A DNA stretch of 63,846 nt, filler included, from Choristocarpus tenellus KU-1152 (Eukaryota; Protista; Phaeophyceae), in the NCBI GenBank assembly GCA_964200185.2. It is 12 parts of 12 records of this genome, joined end to end, with 100 filler letters (N's around TTAATTAATTAA, not from the genome) between each part and the next. Parts side by side here need not be neighbours in the genome. Positions count along the whole stretch, not along the records: positions 1 to 2,616 come from CAXNAD020026245.1; positions 2,717 to 5,519 come from CAXNAD020024611.1; positions 5,620 to 9,468 come from CAXNAD020017583.1; positions 9,569 to 15,550 come from CAXNAD020009245.1; 8 more parts are not named here. One strand, 5' to 3'. The notes beneath the pieces are model-generated. The model had not been told where the DNA came from. It did not search any database and was given only the letters and a program-made list of their open reading frames with translations. Each line of letters begins with the position of its first letter. The first letter of the stretch is position 1. Shown in pieces: positions 1 through 12,400 of the stretch. The position numbers were made by a program, and so were the translations under genes.

Positions 1-38
1 TTTTTTGTTTGTTGTGAAACGAGAATGATGAGTGGGTT

Positions 39-210
39 GGGGGGGGGGGGGGGGGTGCTGACTGTCCATTTGGGGCCCATTTTTCCATGTCGCATTTTTT
101 GGGTGATTTGGTTGCATATGTCGGATGAATAATGTAAGTGAACTTTTCCTGGTCAGGGCCAAAATGGGCACCCTAGTGTAGACCCCCCCTTCCCCCAGAT
201 ACTTTGAGCC
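39..210 (-). mobile_element. MITE family B copy (left terminus degraded)
   Basis: Matches the 9277-9452 and 33479-33653 copies and the reverse complement of 17982-18156 (gtccatttgggg...gatttggttgcata...gtgtagacccccc...cccagatactttgagcc). Confidence 0.8.
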
Positions 211-623
211 AATCACAGGAAAACATTATATTGAACAACTGATATTTGGTACGAAAACCTATAAGCCCCCCTCCACATATGTACCTCCTCCCAGATGTCA
301 AGACGAACGAACATCAGATTGCAAACCAATCATATATCATATACTCATACATATCATATACTCCCTGAGATAGTGCGCACCTCAGCGATTTCCACATCCC
401 AGTGTTTTGTGTACTGTTAGAGGTGGCCTTAGTCTCAACTACGAATTAATGCCAACACGCAGAATCAGGAGGAGACGGGATAGGGTCAGTGGGAAGTAAG
501 TACTACAAAGGCACCACTTTCTCACGCAACACCCTTAGGACAAGAAAACAATAGCGGCCTCAAAGAACAAAAAACAAAAAACAAATAACAAACAGGGATG
601 CACCGAAGGGTTGGCTGACGCAC

Positions 624-2521
624 CTTGTTATGAAGGGCCCTGTAGCTGCAATCTATGGCTTCCAAGCCAGGCCCACCCACCCTCTCCGTGAATGCCTTAA
701 CAATGGTGTTCCCGTACCTGTGTTGATCCAACACCTGTAGGCATTGATTGGGTTTTGTTCCACAAGATTAGATGGGATTGGAAAAATTGGATGTGGGGTT
801 CATAAATTTAGACACAATTGTGGTTCTGGAACAAAACAAAAAAATCTATGACCATGCATAGGTTTTCGACAGTTGTTATGGTGCCTCTCATTTCTTGGAA
901 ATTGTTTTTTATCATCCCTGAGTGCATCTAAGATTAGTCTTCAACCACTGCAGAGCATGGGCAATGATAACTCCCTCTCTGCAAATTGGAAAGGTGGGCT
1001 TGACAGGGGGGCTTGGACTACAAAAAGGTTTGCCTAGAGTGCTTGAGATTAGTGGTGACATGATGCCCTCCAGGCGATACAAGAATCGTTGGGAGTGAAA
1101 TTATCTTAGGGTTAGGGTAGGAGTTTTGCCCTGTTTGTCCGTTTTGGGCTTGACTTCCCACGGGGTTTTTTAATGACATTTTCCTATTCCGAAATGTTTG
1201 TGGAGTAGGTAAAATGTATACGTTATGAAAAGGTGTGTCCGGAACAAGGATATTGACACTTACTAACAAACACGATAGCCAAAATTACATCAAAATCGGT
1301 ATATTGGATCTTGGCCCCCAAACGGACGCGGCTTTACCCTCTAAGATACTTTAACTCTTATGGAATAGATTGATGTGCGCTATAGATCATCTACAGACAG
1401 TTGTTGCACCTGATGCGCTTTCTCCTAAAACACACATATTGGCGGAACAACCTACCATGTTTTGTTGAATAACACTTTCCAATCCATGGGGACAATTGTG
1501 GTAATAGTTCAGATTATTACATCATGAAAGGCATCCACTTATTTTCGGGTTAGACATTCTCAGGTTCTGGTGTGCCTCAAACAGCAAGCGTTATTGAAAT
1601 TAGATATGGTAGCGAGCTCCCACGGTTCATGTAATACCGTTTTCAAAAATGGACAGTCGCATTTCCTCATCAGAGTCAAAGTATCTTAGAGAGTACAGTT
1701 GCGTCCGTTTGGGGGCCAAAATCCAACATTTCGATTTTGATGTAATTTTGATGTAATTTTGACTGTTGTTTTTGTTAGGAAGTTTCAATATCCTTGTTCC
1801 GAACACACTCTTAACAACATACACATTTGTTTTTACTCTGAAGCATTTCGGAGTTGGAAAATGTCATAAAAAAAAAAACATTGGAAGCCAAGCCCCAAAT
1901 GGACAAACAGGACAAAATCCGTACCCTCTAAGATACTTTCAATCATCAGCAAATGTCCTATCTGTACTCTCCAGCCCTAACAGCTGTCCACAACATCAAT
2001 AGTCAGACATACGATGCATACACTGCACAGTACACCAATATTCTGTCCACAGAGTTCGAGAAAGGCCTGTCAATCTAATGCTATAGAGTAGGTCAACTTC
2101 TGCAGGACTCCCTCAAGTATGAACCATTCCCCTGTGACAATCAGTCGTCGAGTATACTGATTATCAATACCGAGAATATGTATGTTCATGTCGAAAATTC
2201 CCTCTGAAGCCCCAGGGCCATTGCCATCCCCCGACCCATTGCATGTGTGCAACAAATAGAGCTGACTCTGGTCAAATATCCCGACTCACAGTACTCAGTC
2301 ACTGACCCCCAACCCTGACCCTCAGCTTTCTCCAAATCCCACTGACTCCGAAGACCATTGCTCACCTTGGCAGGGTTGAGGAGGTTGTGGTAGCTGAGCA
2401 CACGCAGAAACTGCTCCGCACTGACACAGCCATTGTTGTTTCGGTCGAAGTCCTTGAAGAGGGATTTCACCTCCACCCCATTGGTTTGCACATTGCTTCT
2501 CATTTCACCCAGCATATCCAG
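624..2521 (-). CDS. EF-hand calcium-binding protein, partial (exons 2521-2366 and 734-624)
   Basis: Exon 2521-2366 (ag/gtgag) encodes LDMLGEMRSNVQTNGVEVKSLFKDFDRNNNGCVSAEQFLRVLSYHNLLNPAK, with a canonical EF loop DRNNNGCVSAEQ. It splices in phase 0 to exon 734-624 (cag/gtgcg), VLDQHRYGNTIVKAFTERVGGPGLEAIDCSYRALHNK. Confidence 0.7.
1093..1357 (+). mobile_element. MITE family A copy (~260 bp)
   Basis: Runs gagtgaaattatcttag...taccctctaagatactttaactc. Body is colinear with 22714-22969. Lies in the EF-hand gene intron. Confidence 0.9.
1673..1944 (-). mobile_element. MITE family A copy with ATCA target-site duplication
   Basis: Runs gagtcaaagtatcttagagagta...taccctctaagatactttcaatc, flanked by atca at 1669-1672 and 1945-1948. 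Confidence 0.92.
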
Positions 2522-2616
2522 CTAGTTTTTTTTTTTAATCCAAGGTGGGCAACAGACAGTGTGTGGATTATCCGCATTGTGGAGATGGAGGAGGGGAGGA
2601 GAGGGGTGGGGGGGGG

Positions 2617-2716
2617 NNNNNNNNNNNNNNNNNNNNNNNNNNNNNNNNNNNNNNNNNNNNTTAATTAATTAANNNNNNNNNNNNNNNNNNNNNNNNNNNN
2701 NNNNNNNNNNNNNNNN
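2617..2716. other. Artificial contig spacer (first of 11)
   Basis: 44 N + TTAATTAATTAA (stops in all six frames) + 44 N. The same spacer occurs at about 5520, 9469, 15551, 18756, 23098, 28611, 40476, 45292, 54405 and 61162. Confidence 0.97.
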
Positions 2717-2892
2717 TCCAATAGTCTTTGCTTTAAGTTGTATGGATTTATTTATTAGCGGAGTGAGCACAGCCCTTGGTGGTGGGGTGCTCTTATATTA
2801 TTATCTATTGCGCACATCATCAGACAGGTCAAAATGCGTCCGTGTCGGTCGCACTACGTTAGCCACTTATATTGAACAAAATAAGAAATCAA

Positions 2893-2959
2893 TCCATCGA
2901 GGCTTGAACCTGTGGTTCTGAGCATGTCAAATCAAACCCTTGACCCTTGCTCTATCCAG
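2893..2959 (-). mobile_element. Degenerate tRNA-derived (SINE-like) head
   Basis: Minus strand has an A-box-like TAGAGCAAGGG and a B-box GGTTCAAGCC at tRNA-like spacing. No convincing cloverleaf. Confidence 0.35.
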
Positions 2960-5900
2960 TCAACACTTCTGTTATATTTTACTATTCACTAAACATATAA
3001 TTTTCTATATAGTTTCTAGCCTATATTGCACAAAATATTATTAACACCGCAGAAGTAGAAATCAATGATGTTCTTATCCAATTATCCCGTTCTCGGCTTG
3101 ATCGTATTTGGTGTTGTAGCAATGGAGGATAGACAAGGTCATACCCCGTTAGTTGCAGAAACTACTTTCCTAGAAGTATCGACCACCAAAACTCTCTTCA
3201 TAAGCGAGTGAGAGTGCCCTTGTTGTGAGTATCTCCGCAGATCTTAGGCAACCCTGACCGATTGAATAGTCGACATCATCAACGCTCTGTGAGTTCGAAC
3301 GGGACCGTGAAGCATAATATCTTGCAAGTCCTTGTTGCCGTTTTTCCGAACAGGTGATCACGACTAGCTTATATAGTTCCCCAATGCCGGACATCAAGAA
3401 TCACAGATGTTCGAGGACACGCGGTTGGTCTAACAACATTATGGTCAGAGTCGCAACGTTAACCTTCCTCTCGAAACTGTGGTTGAATTTGTTGGGAATG
3501 CCTTGGTCTTGTTCCATCTCAACACCTGCTGTTTCACTGGCCCTTCATGGTGTCGAAATGCCGTTTTGCATATCAATTCATGACTAATATATATATATAC
3601 ATATCCTCAAACTTCGCCTATTTCAAATCGAGACACCAACGAACCGCATTTTGGTACTTACAACACACCAAATTGCGCCTTTCTGCAGGAGACATTCGTA
3701 GTTGGGATACCTCCACGTGTACTTGCGCATCGCTGTTTGGTGTGGTCCTCGATTCGAGATCAAGGTTGCTCGTGACACAATGGCGACGCAGGTGAAGCAA
3801 TATTGTGCGACAGGACAGTGCAGTGACTTCACATCTGTGTAGGGTTAATGCAGGTTGTAGACGAAACGATCAGGCACCGCGTTCAGACGAACTGTCCGGT
3901 GAAGCTCCCAGATAAATGTTGGGTTGGGTATTGATTATTACCATATAGGAGAGGTTCACCAGAGTGCAGACTAGCAAAAATGAGTCATGATCATGATGCC
4001 CAAATTAGCTCTTCTACTTGCGACCTTCAGTTAAATCGTCGAATGTAACTTGAACATTTTAGTATGTTATCCTAAACTACATTTCTGAGACCAAATGCTG
4101 TCTGACCAAATGCTATCAGTACGAATATTTACAAATGATATTTTGGAATTTTGCTTTGAGGCAAGGATTATTTCGGGCTAGGGGTTGAGACAACATATAA
4201 TGCAACATTCGTTACGGTGGATTATGGTACTAGTACAGTTTTTGTGTTTGAGGTTTGCTGGTGGCCTTCTCCGTGACGATGAATTTTCAGCTGTGCTCTA
4301 TGGAGGGACAGAGTCGATTGTACTTCTCATATTGCTTGCACTACCGTTGGAGTGGAAGGACCATGGGGCACAGCCAGGACTAATTATTCTCAGACTAATT
4401 ATTGCCTCAAAGCAAGTGTTGCAGTTTCACGTGTCACGATTTAGAACAGAATCACTGGTTTACTTTGTTCTTGTCACTTATTGCCCAGGGCCCACTGTAG
4501 GCCTTACGGTAGAAAAGGGTCCATGGTTGTTTTGAAGTCTTTGTATTGATTAGGGTCAGGAAGTGGACAACCAGTTTATCAGAAATGGTGACCATCATAA
4601 TTCATGATTGTGTTACTATAGTATCTATGCTTTTTTCTGTGGCGAGGGTTGGAATTTCTGTTGAAGATATTCCATATATACAGGTTCATCCCATATGCAA
4701 GCATTGTAGTTTACTCTAGAGAGATACAAGGTATAGTACTCCCCCCCGCCCTACTCTCATTATGCACACAGTCATTCAACTTCTTTTCATCTGCAGTGTT
4801 GACTCCGATTTGTAACCTCGTCTCTTAGCACAGAGTGGATGGCGTTTTCATTCTCAATGTAAACCAATCTCAAACCTATGAAAACATTCCAAGGAACACG
4901 CACACGCTTTAACAAATATATATACACACATATCTCTAACACCCTTGTATTATGTATTAGTAATAGTAGTAATAGTAGTACATGTAAAACTTCAACGAAA
5001 TGCTTCTCATTTGTTGCTCTTGTCATCTTTCATGATCACTTTACTTGCCACTCACCATCGATGGCGATATCAGGTCACCTCTGATGGTGCTGCAGCACTG
5101 GTGCCCAAGTCCTTAGCCCTGGAAGGAATCCGTGGGAAAAGGACAAAGGTTTGCTAGAATTATATGCGTTTGTATGTATGTTGTCTCACCTTTTATTGCC
5201 AGGGGGGGGGAGGTTAGAATGTCCTACATCTGTTGTGGTATGTGAACCCCACTGTACATATGAATAACATAGTTGGAGGAGAGTAACCCATGCGCACCCC
5301 TAGTCCCCCTTCACCCCCCCTTTCCTGGGTCCGAGCTTTGCATGATGGGTGGAATGTGACCTACGGGAAACACTCATAAAAAATAAACTGATTTTAGAGT
5401 GAAGTAGGTGTTATCCTCGCGAGGAAGCTTCACACTCGAATGAATGTTGAAGGTGCTCTGATGCAATGCTTGCACTGAGGTTTAGGGGGTGGGGGGATGG
5501 CAGACAGTGCATCATGAAANNNNNNNNNNNNNNNNNNNNNNNNNNNNNNNNNNNNNNNNNNNNTTAATTAATTAANNNNNNNNNNNNNNNNNNNNNNNNN
5601 NNNNNNNNNNNNNNNNNNNAACCGTCCCTGCCCTCCTCCCCCCCCCCCACTATCCAAGAGTACAACGTGTGGAAAGCTGTTCTCAACAGCTAAGCAAATT
5701 TTTTACACACATCATTTGGGTAGTGTGTTTAAACTGTTCTAATTTTTGTTGTTACAAAATTATCAAGAGGTGTTGCTACAAGAGCATGTTGGGATGTGAC
5801 ACTAGAGTCCCTCCTATCGTATGTGTTTGCCTGCCTCAACACCCGGGATGGATTCGAAAGTAGTACTACTTAGTGTGGGCAGGCTATGATCTGAGCATGG

Positions 5901-7901
5901 CACACCACACTGTGTAGTACTCTTTAGTTTGAGTAATAATTACTACTTTGGTAGAACTTAGATGGAATTGTAGGGTCTTACATCATATTTGTTAAACTGT
6001 TGAGTTCTGGGGCACTCAAATAGTAGGAGTGACCTGGATGGCAGAAATCAACATCAGTGGAGGTTTTTATTATGTAGTCGTATATAATAGGGTGACCTGT
6101 TGTTCCAAATACAGCCCCATTATACTGCCGCCCTTTGGAACAGGAAAGTTCAAGTGGAACCACAATCTTGCAGTTCAAACAGGGGACTCAGTGACAAGGA
6201 GTACAGTTGTGGGGTTTTAGATGCATCATTGTAGCTCCTAAACACTGAAGAGAAGTGGAGGAGTAACACCTGAATGACTTGTTTCAAGATACCTCTCCTA
6301 ACCAATATTTTCTGCCATGTGATACGTGTCCTTTTTGTATATATATATATATTTGGACACCCCTTTTTTTGCTGTCTTTTAGTATTTTTGTAAACTGTGC
6401 TAACTCCTCTTCTGTATAGGAAGAGAAAAAATATATATTTGAATTTAATCTTTCGTCACTTTTTCCCGCTTTCTTATTCTGTACCATATCAATAGTATGA
6501 AATTCCAGAATATTACCAGAAATATTTATAGCAGAGATTGCTAGACCTCTACAGTATAGTCAAACACTTCAAGGATAAGAGCACAATAAAAAAAAAAAAT
6601 TATAGCATCGATTGAGTCATGTCATTGGGTTGAGATCTCAACACAATCACTTTGGTAGTGAAGTTTGTTCTCCACATGGAGTTAAGGCCAGTGAAAACCT
6701 TCCCAGGAGGGTAAATGGACAGAAGCACAATTGTCTTGTGGCAAATAGTGAGGAAGAGGATAACATTTGAATACACTGTCCCTGCTTGTATAGGAAAAAT
6801 AATTCTTCATCACAAGTTAAGGTTTGACAAGTTCATGCTAACAGAGACTGATTCCATGAAAGCAAAAATTATCTCTCAGCAAGTGTTCAGGCCCATCATA
6901 TCCTAGAGGGGGGGTTCAAGTTTCTATTCAAGCCTGTGTGAACCTGTAGCAATTTTCTTGTCATTTGACTGGATGTGTCAGATGTAAGGGCAATTTCCTT
7001 CATCTGGATGCACCTTGATTTTACATCCGCCTTGCCTGAACAAAATCTGAAGAAAAATCACCCACAAGACTTGAATGGACGACCTGAGCTAACCCTCCCC
7101 CGCCCCAGCCCCCCCTTAGGATAGTATGGGCCTCATATTAAAATATCAGAGTAAGGCGAGAGCTGAATCAGCTTAGAATGTGATCGGAAATCGGTTAGAT
7201 CTTCCACGGCAAAAGAGAGCTATTTTGCGTACTTAATCAAAAGCCCAAAATTAAGGCTGGGCAAATCAAAGGACTACTGTAAATAGTTGGGTGATAAGGT
7301 TGAAAAGTATGGTTTTGGAGTTATGTCCTCTTGAATAAAAGAGGTGGGACTAATCTATCTGTAGACCTTAAAGGTGCCCTGTGGAAGGGGGAAGGATTCT
7401 AGCTTCTTGCCAGTACACATGAAATAGAGATGAGTAAAAGCTCGTAATGCACTGTAGACATGGTGTGTGGAAGTCCTTGTTGAACATGGAATAACCTGGA
7501 TGACTGATTGTGGTATCCCCCTTTCCACTGTTAACACTCCGCTTCTACATATTTTCTGTGAAAGCAGTCAGAATTGCACTGAGATTGGTTGCAATTTCGA
7601 CTGACACAGCACAATGCTGCACATTTCATGATCAGTCACTAGAACTGCAAACACTTTTCCTAGAAAGACAGAAACCCCCGTTAAAACTCGTCTTCCGATC
7701 CTGGTGTATACTGTATACTCTGCTACCCAAGCAGAGCAAAAATCGTAACACCATAACAGACACTGTTATATCCAATAACACAAGACTAACCCCCACATGT
7801 ACAAAGGAGAAAAAAGCGTGCCAGGTCAAGAGCAAGAAAGGACAGGCAGGTGGCGCATGCACATTTTTATTTTTCAACGCAGCATATTTTTGTTCTTCTG
7901 A

Positions 7902-8399
7902 CTATCCACTCAAGGCCTCAGTATCCCGCAAGATATTATCAATAGCAGAGCTCAACTTCTCATACTTTTCAGCACTCAGGGGATTCCCACTCCCAAGTCT
8001 GTGGAACAACACTGACGCCACCTGCTTAACATCCTCATTCGAAACCCTCTCTGCCGTTTCTGATGCCTGGCCAAGTCCAGCCTCCCCTGCATTGTTCGCC
8101 CCCAAATCTTCCATGGACTCATCCTCACCCTGTGACCCCAGTGGCTGCACTTCACCTACATTCTCTCTAAATTCCCCTGGTGCCATGTTTGTCTCGGCAT
8201 AGGCAGCTGTGGTGCTCATCTCTACCATGGTTTCTCCCCCACTATTACCACTCTGTGGCCCTCCACTCTTACTATGATGTCCGCCCTCAACTTCAACCTG
8301 CTGTCCAGCTCCTATTCCTTGCAGGGTCCGGGCGATGTTGTAGTACTCAACATTACGGCGATCCACCTTGACATACCGAAATAGGGGTGGTTGGTGCAA
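7902..8399 (-). CDS. Probable terminal exon of an uncharacterised protein (acidic, low-complexity)
   Basis: 165-codon open frame with protein-like composition, ending ...SAIDNILRDTEALSG-stop. A possible upstream exon lies near 9233-9100. No family recognised. Confidence 0.45.
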   Translation of the reverse strand: MHQPPLFRYVKVDRRNVEYYNIARTLQGIGAGQQVEVEGGHHSKSGGPQSGNSGGETMVEMSTTAAYAETNMAPGEFRENVGEVQPLGSQGEDESMEDLGANNAGEAGLGQASETAERVSNEDVKQVASVLFHRLGSGNPLSAEKYEKLSSAIDNILRDTEALSG

Positions 8400-9276
8400 T
8401 GATGCTTAACTTTTAAACGTCAGAACTGGTAAAATTAAGTCACACATAGACCTCTGCTGAAATACGTGTGATACGTGGTATGTCTAGCTCAAGAGTACAA
8501 GGTATACAATACCATGATCAATGTGGCGTAAGATTCATTCAACAGTTCGTACAGAAGGTTTGAGAGCACTCGAAGTTGCATTTGCACTTCATCTTACACC
8601 GAGCAAATTACCATAGCTAATCCTCTCTCTCCACAAAATGTACACGTACTGGGATACTGTTTACAGAATTGTAGCATTCCAATGGCACAGAACCAAAGAT
8701 AATATACTGTGTACAAAACATCTGCAAATCTGCCTTGCTATAGCAATATTTCAATAGAGTTATAAAATTCAAAGGGCACAGGCAACATACATCACAGCAT
8801 ACAGATGCAAATTAGCCTCCCTACACATCATGTTGAGACATTGTGACAGGGCACTCTCAATCTTTATATTTATCCCTGCAAGGATCCTCCCCCAGCTTTC
8901 TTGTTGTTCTTAATATCTTCGCAGCCCACACTGCTCCCACATGATTTGCTCCTCTCAAAACAGTCCTTCAACAACACAGAACTAAGCACTCCACAACATC
9001 CTACCTGTGTGCCCAGCCCTAAGCCCACCACCTTCCTGTAAATGAAACCCCTAATCCCCTGAAACCTTCATCCAATATTTTCAATCAGGAATTGTCACCT
9101 TGAGCCCAGAAAGTCCTGCCCAATCTCGGGCTTCCAACATATTCTGCAGCTTTGACGAGCCAACCTTAGTCAAAACAGCTTCATTCTGCTTGTAGACAAG
9201 ACCTGTGGGGATAGATTTCTGGGCCAGGCGCACCTAAAAGGTTTGGGGGCGTGAGCAGGGGGTGAAGGGAGGGTGA

Positions 9277-9452
9277 GGCTTAAAGTATCTGAAGAGAGGT
9301 GGAGGATGTCCATTTGGGGTCAATTTTTTCATGTCATAATTTTTGTGTAATTTGGTTGCATACGTCCAATGGATAATGAAAATGCACTTTTCCTAATTTT
9401 GGTCCAAATGGACACCCTGGTGTAGACGCCCCCCACCCAGATACAATGGGTC
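9277..9452 (-). mobile_element. MITE family B copy (~175 bp)
   Basis: Runs ggcttaaagtatctg...cccagatacaatgggtc. Flanks gtga/atga form a 4-bp TSD with one mismatch. Confidence 0.85.
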
Positions 9453-12400
9453 ATGATTCCTTTCAGCANNNNNNNNNNNNNNNNNNNNNNNNNNNNNNNN
9501 NNNNNNNNNNNNTTAATTAATTAANNNNNNNNNNNNNNNNNNNNNNNNNNNNNNNNNNNNNNNNNNNNGCTCGATCAACTCATCGTATCACTTGTGTGCA
9601 CTTAATACTCCACCATTGCAACATTAAAAAAAAAAGTCAGCTCTAGTTTGTGATGTGATACAGGCGGTGAAGCTGCTATGATTGAGAGTCTTTTTTTTTA
9701 ATAGGCACAACTGCTTGGTTCCGTTACCAATGCTTCTTTTTTCCTCCTCCACCCCACTGCCTCCCTCTCCCTCTCCCTTGCTCTCTGTAACTCCCCTGTT
9801 GGTACTTACATCTCATATCGTGCTTTCAACAGCCTCTGTAGAGCCCTGGCAAATTGCATCCCAAACTGCTGTAAGAAGGGCTACGGAATGATGGGCGATG
9901 ATTTGTTCGGATCTGGAAATAGCACTTTCAGACCTTCAAGACAAGGGACTGGCGATAGTTTTGTAGCCCCCAACAGGAACTTGGTGTAGATCCTCTTGTC
10001 GTATAACATAGGTGGATTGTCCATATCAGGTGTAATGGGATGCATAGTAAAGGGTTTTTGATCAACATTAGACTGGTAACAATGTGGAATGTTACCTTTG
10101 TAGTCTCGAGAGGTGTTTGCTGGGGGAAGATTTACTATGGTGACTTTGTGGTGTTGGGAGGGGCAGAGTAATGGTGCGCCCTCGTTGAATAGTTTATGTA
10201 GTAGTTTATGTAGTAGTTTATTGAGACCTGTGACACGTTATGTGAGGCTCTTGATATTTGAAGGAGCGTTTGTACCAGCATTATGCACCGGTTTGTAGGT
10301 GGAAGTATGATTGTCGTTTTTTGTCTGGTTGGTGAAGTTGTGATCACAAGGTAGGCAGGCTGGCAAGAAGGGGTGGGTTGGTGGAGTTTGGCGACCAACC
10401 TGTTGCAATGATAATAGGGTTGGGCTGACCAGGAGATGACACCAACTGGTGTCTCTTGTTATTCCATTCAGTCGTAAGACATGAATGGCACTTTTTTCGT
10501 GGTTTGCAAGAGTCTCCCCTTTATAAAAGGGACATCTGTTGCTGTTAGTACTGTACCCCTAGGCAAACTTGTGCATACTTCTGTCTTGCATGGTAAATCC
10601 TTTCTTTTGTTTTCTTTCCAAATGTGTGCTAGATGATGGCTCGTGATGCCCCTCAACCTGTATGTTTTTTGTCGAAAAGTGGTTATATGTCCTAACTTAG
10701 GTCCTTGCAGCTGCCTGCCTGCCAGGGTGATGTGACTATTTTTTGGACAGACATGCATTTCAATTGTGTGTTTTTTGTTGTTGGGGTCTTGGTTGATCTT
10801 TCCTGATGATATGTGACTTTGAGTTGACCCTTGATGGGACAATGCTAGCAATGATCTACTAGGTAGGGCATTGGTTAGACTCCCCGGCTGCAGGCACCAT
10901 TTGTTTGTTTGCCATGGAGGCAATAATTGGACATGACTCTGCTTTTTCGGGGTAGTCAAGTCTTCCATAGTTTTTGTTTGTTTGCTCAGTGAGTTAGTTG
11001 CTGGTGCAAGTGGATAAAGAAATCCTTTCTGAAAATGATGAGCCAAGGAGGGGGGACTTTAGACAAAGAAAAGGATGTGCTTCTACTGAGAGTGCGCTTA
11101 GAACATAGAACTGTGTGGAGTGTTTATTTTGGCACAGTTAGTTGATGGTTCTTTCAGTATTCATTTATTATATTTTGAGCCTCAAATGTCAGTTGAGGAG
11201 AGTTCAGATGAAGAGAACTGTCTTGGGTGGTGTCAATGATGTTGATGCAGGGGCAGCCATCATTTGTACCTTTGGTTTTATGTATGACAAACTCATTTCA
11301 AGGAGGAAGGTTGTGGTGATGAGAGATGTCGCTAATAATAAGCTTGAAGTTCAAGAGGAACTAGCGGCAATATTGGTATTATCTGGTATTGCGCAAGGAA
11401 GTAAGTGCCCCTACCATGTATTGCGTCTGGTGAGACGTATTTTCTTCACAGTGTATGTGTGGTGAGCTGGAAGGGAACACAGAAGATAATTTGTGCGGTA
11501 GAGGATTGCCAGGCATCATCATCAAACATAGTAACTACTCAAAAATAATAAGCAAAAAATGTGTTCTATGAATCTATCATGAGTTGTAGCGCTCACAGGT
11601 AGTGAGACGTGATGACACAACATGTTCCTTTGCTCACATCGAACCTAAAAGGAAAGAACTCTTTACATGTCATTTCACTTCAATAATCGAACCTTTTCAA
11701 TGGTACAACTCTTTTTCTTTTTTTGTCCTAAAGGTTTTCAACTCTGTTCTAAGGCGTTGTCGATTTTGAATTTTATCTCAACTGTCACTGAGAAGGTTTC
11801 TTTTGCATGTTGGGATTAGTTGAGAGAGTATACCCCACTCCAGGATGAGGTTGGCCGGTGAAGGAAGGCCGCCGCAATGTCGAAGGAGCTCCTATGGAAG
11901 AAGCTCGTCGCTGGCGCTGAACATCCTGCGTCGTCAGCTTGGCCGGCAACCTGGTATCGGTAAGAGCACACATATGTCAATGACCAGGATTTAGGAGAAT
12001 CTGAGGATTATTGGTGGACTGCAAGTTGTAAAGCACACCTGGAATGATGTGTGACGTCAAGGAGGTTAGGATTCATAGAGGACGAGGATGTATGCATCGA
12101 GATGAAAGGGAGCGATTGCAAGCATGCGTCGTTTTTTGCATGTCCATATTCAGTAGTGTTGAAAGTTCCACATACACCTCAGAGGCAGATCCTCACCACA
12201 ACCCAGAGGTTTGATTGATGTCATTACCCAAACAAGTGTGTTCCCTTCCAGAATTCCTGGGAAATTGAGTTGTATTTTTTAACCTTCAGCCCTCTCCATG
12301 TCTTTCATTCTCCGCCAAAATGTTTTGTACACAACAAAACTAAGTCAACTGGGGCGGCTCTAAGTGCACTCGTGTGCGCCTCTCTCCTATGGCATGACCA

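Noticed and set aside
1018-2002. Recurrent short ORFs such as MLVSVNILVPDTPFHNVY and MDAALPSKILW
   Set aside because: Chance translations of family A MITE copies, with frames not conserved between copies.
2661-2672. Recurrent palindrome TTAATTAATTAA at 11 sites
   Set aside because: Always centred in an identical N spacer. It is an assembly linker, not biology.
10468-11046. 192-aa minus-strand ORF
   Set aside because: No recognisable motif or clear splice context, so it cannot be supported as a gene.
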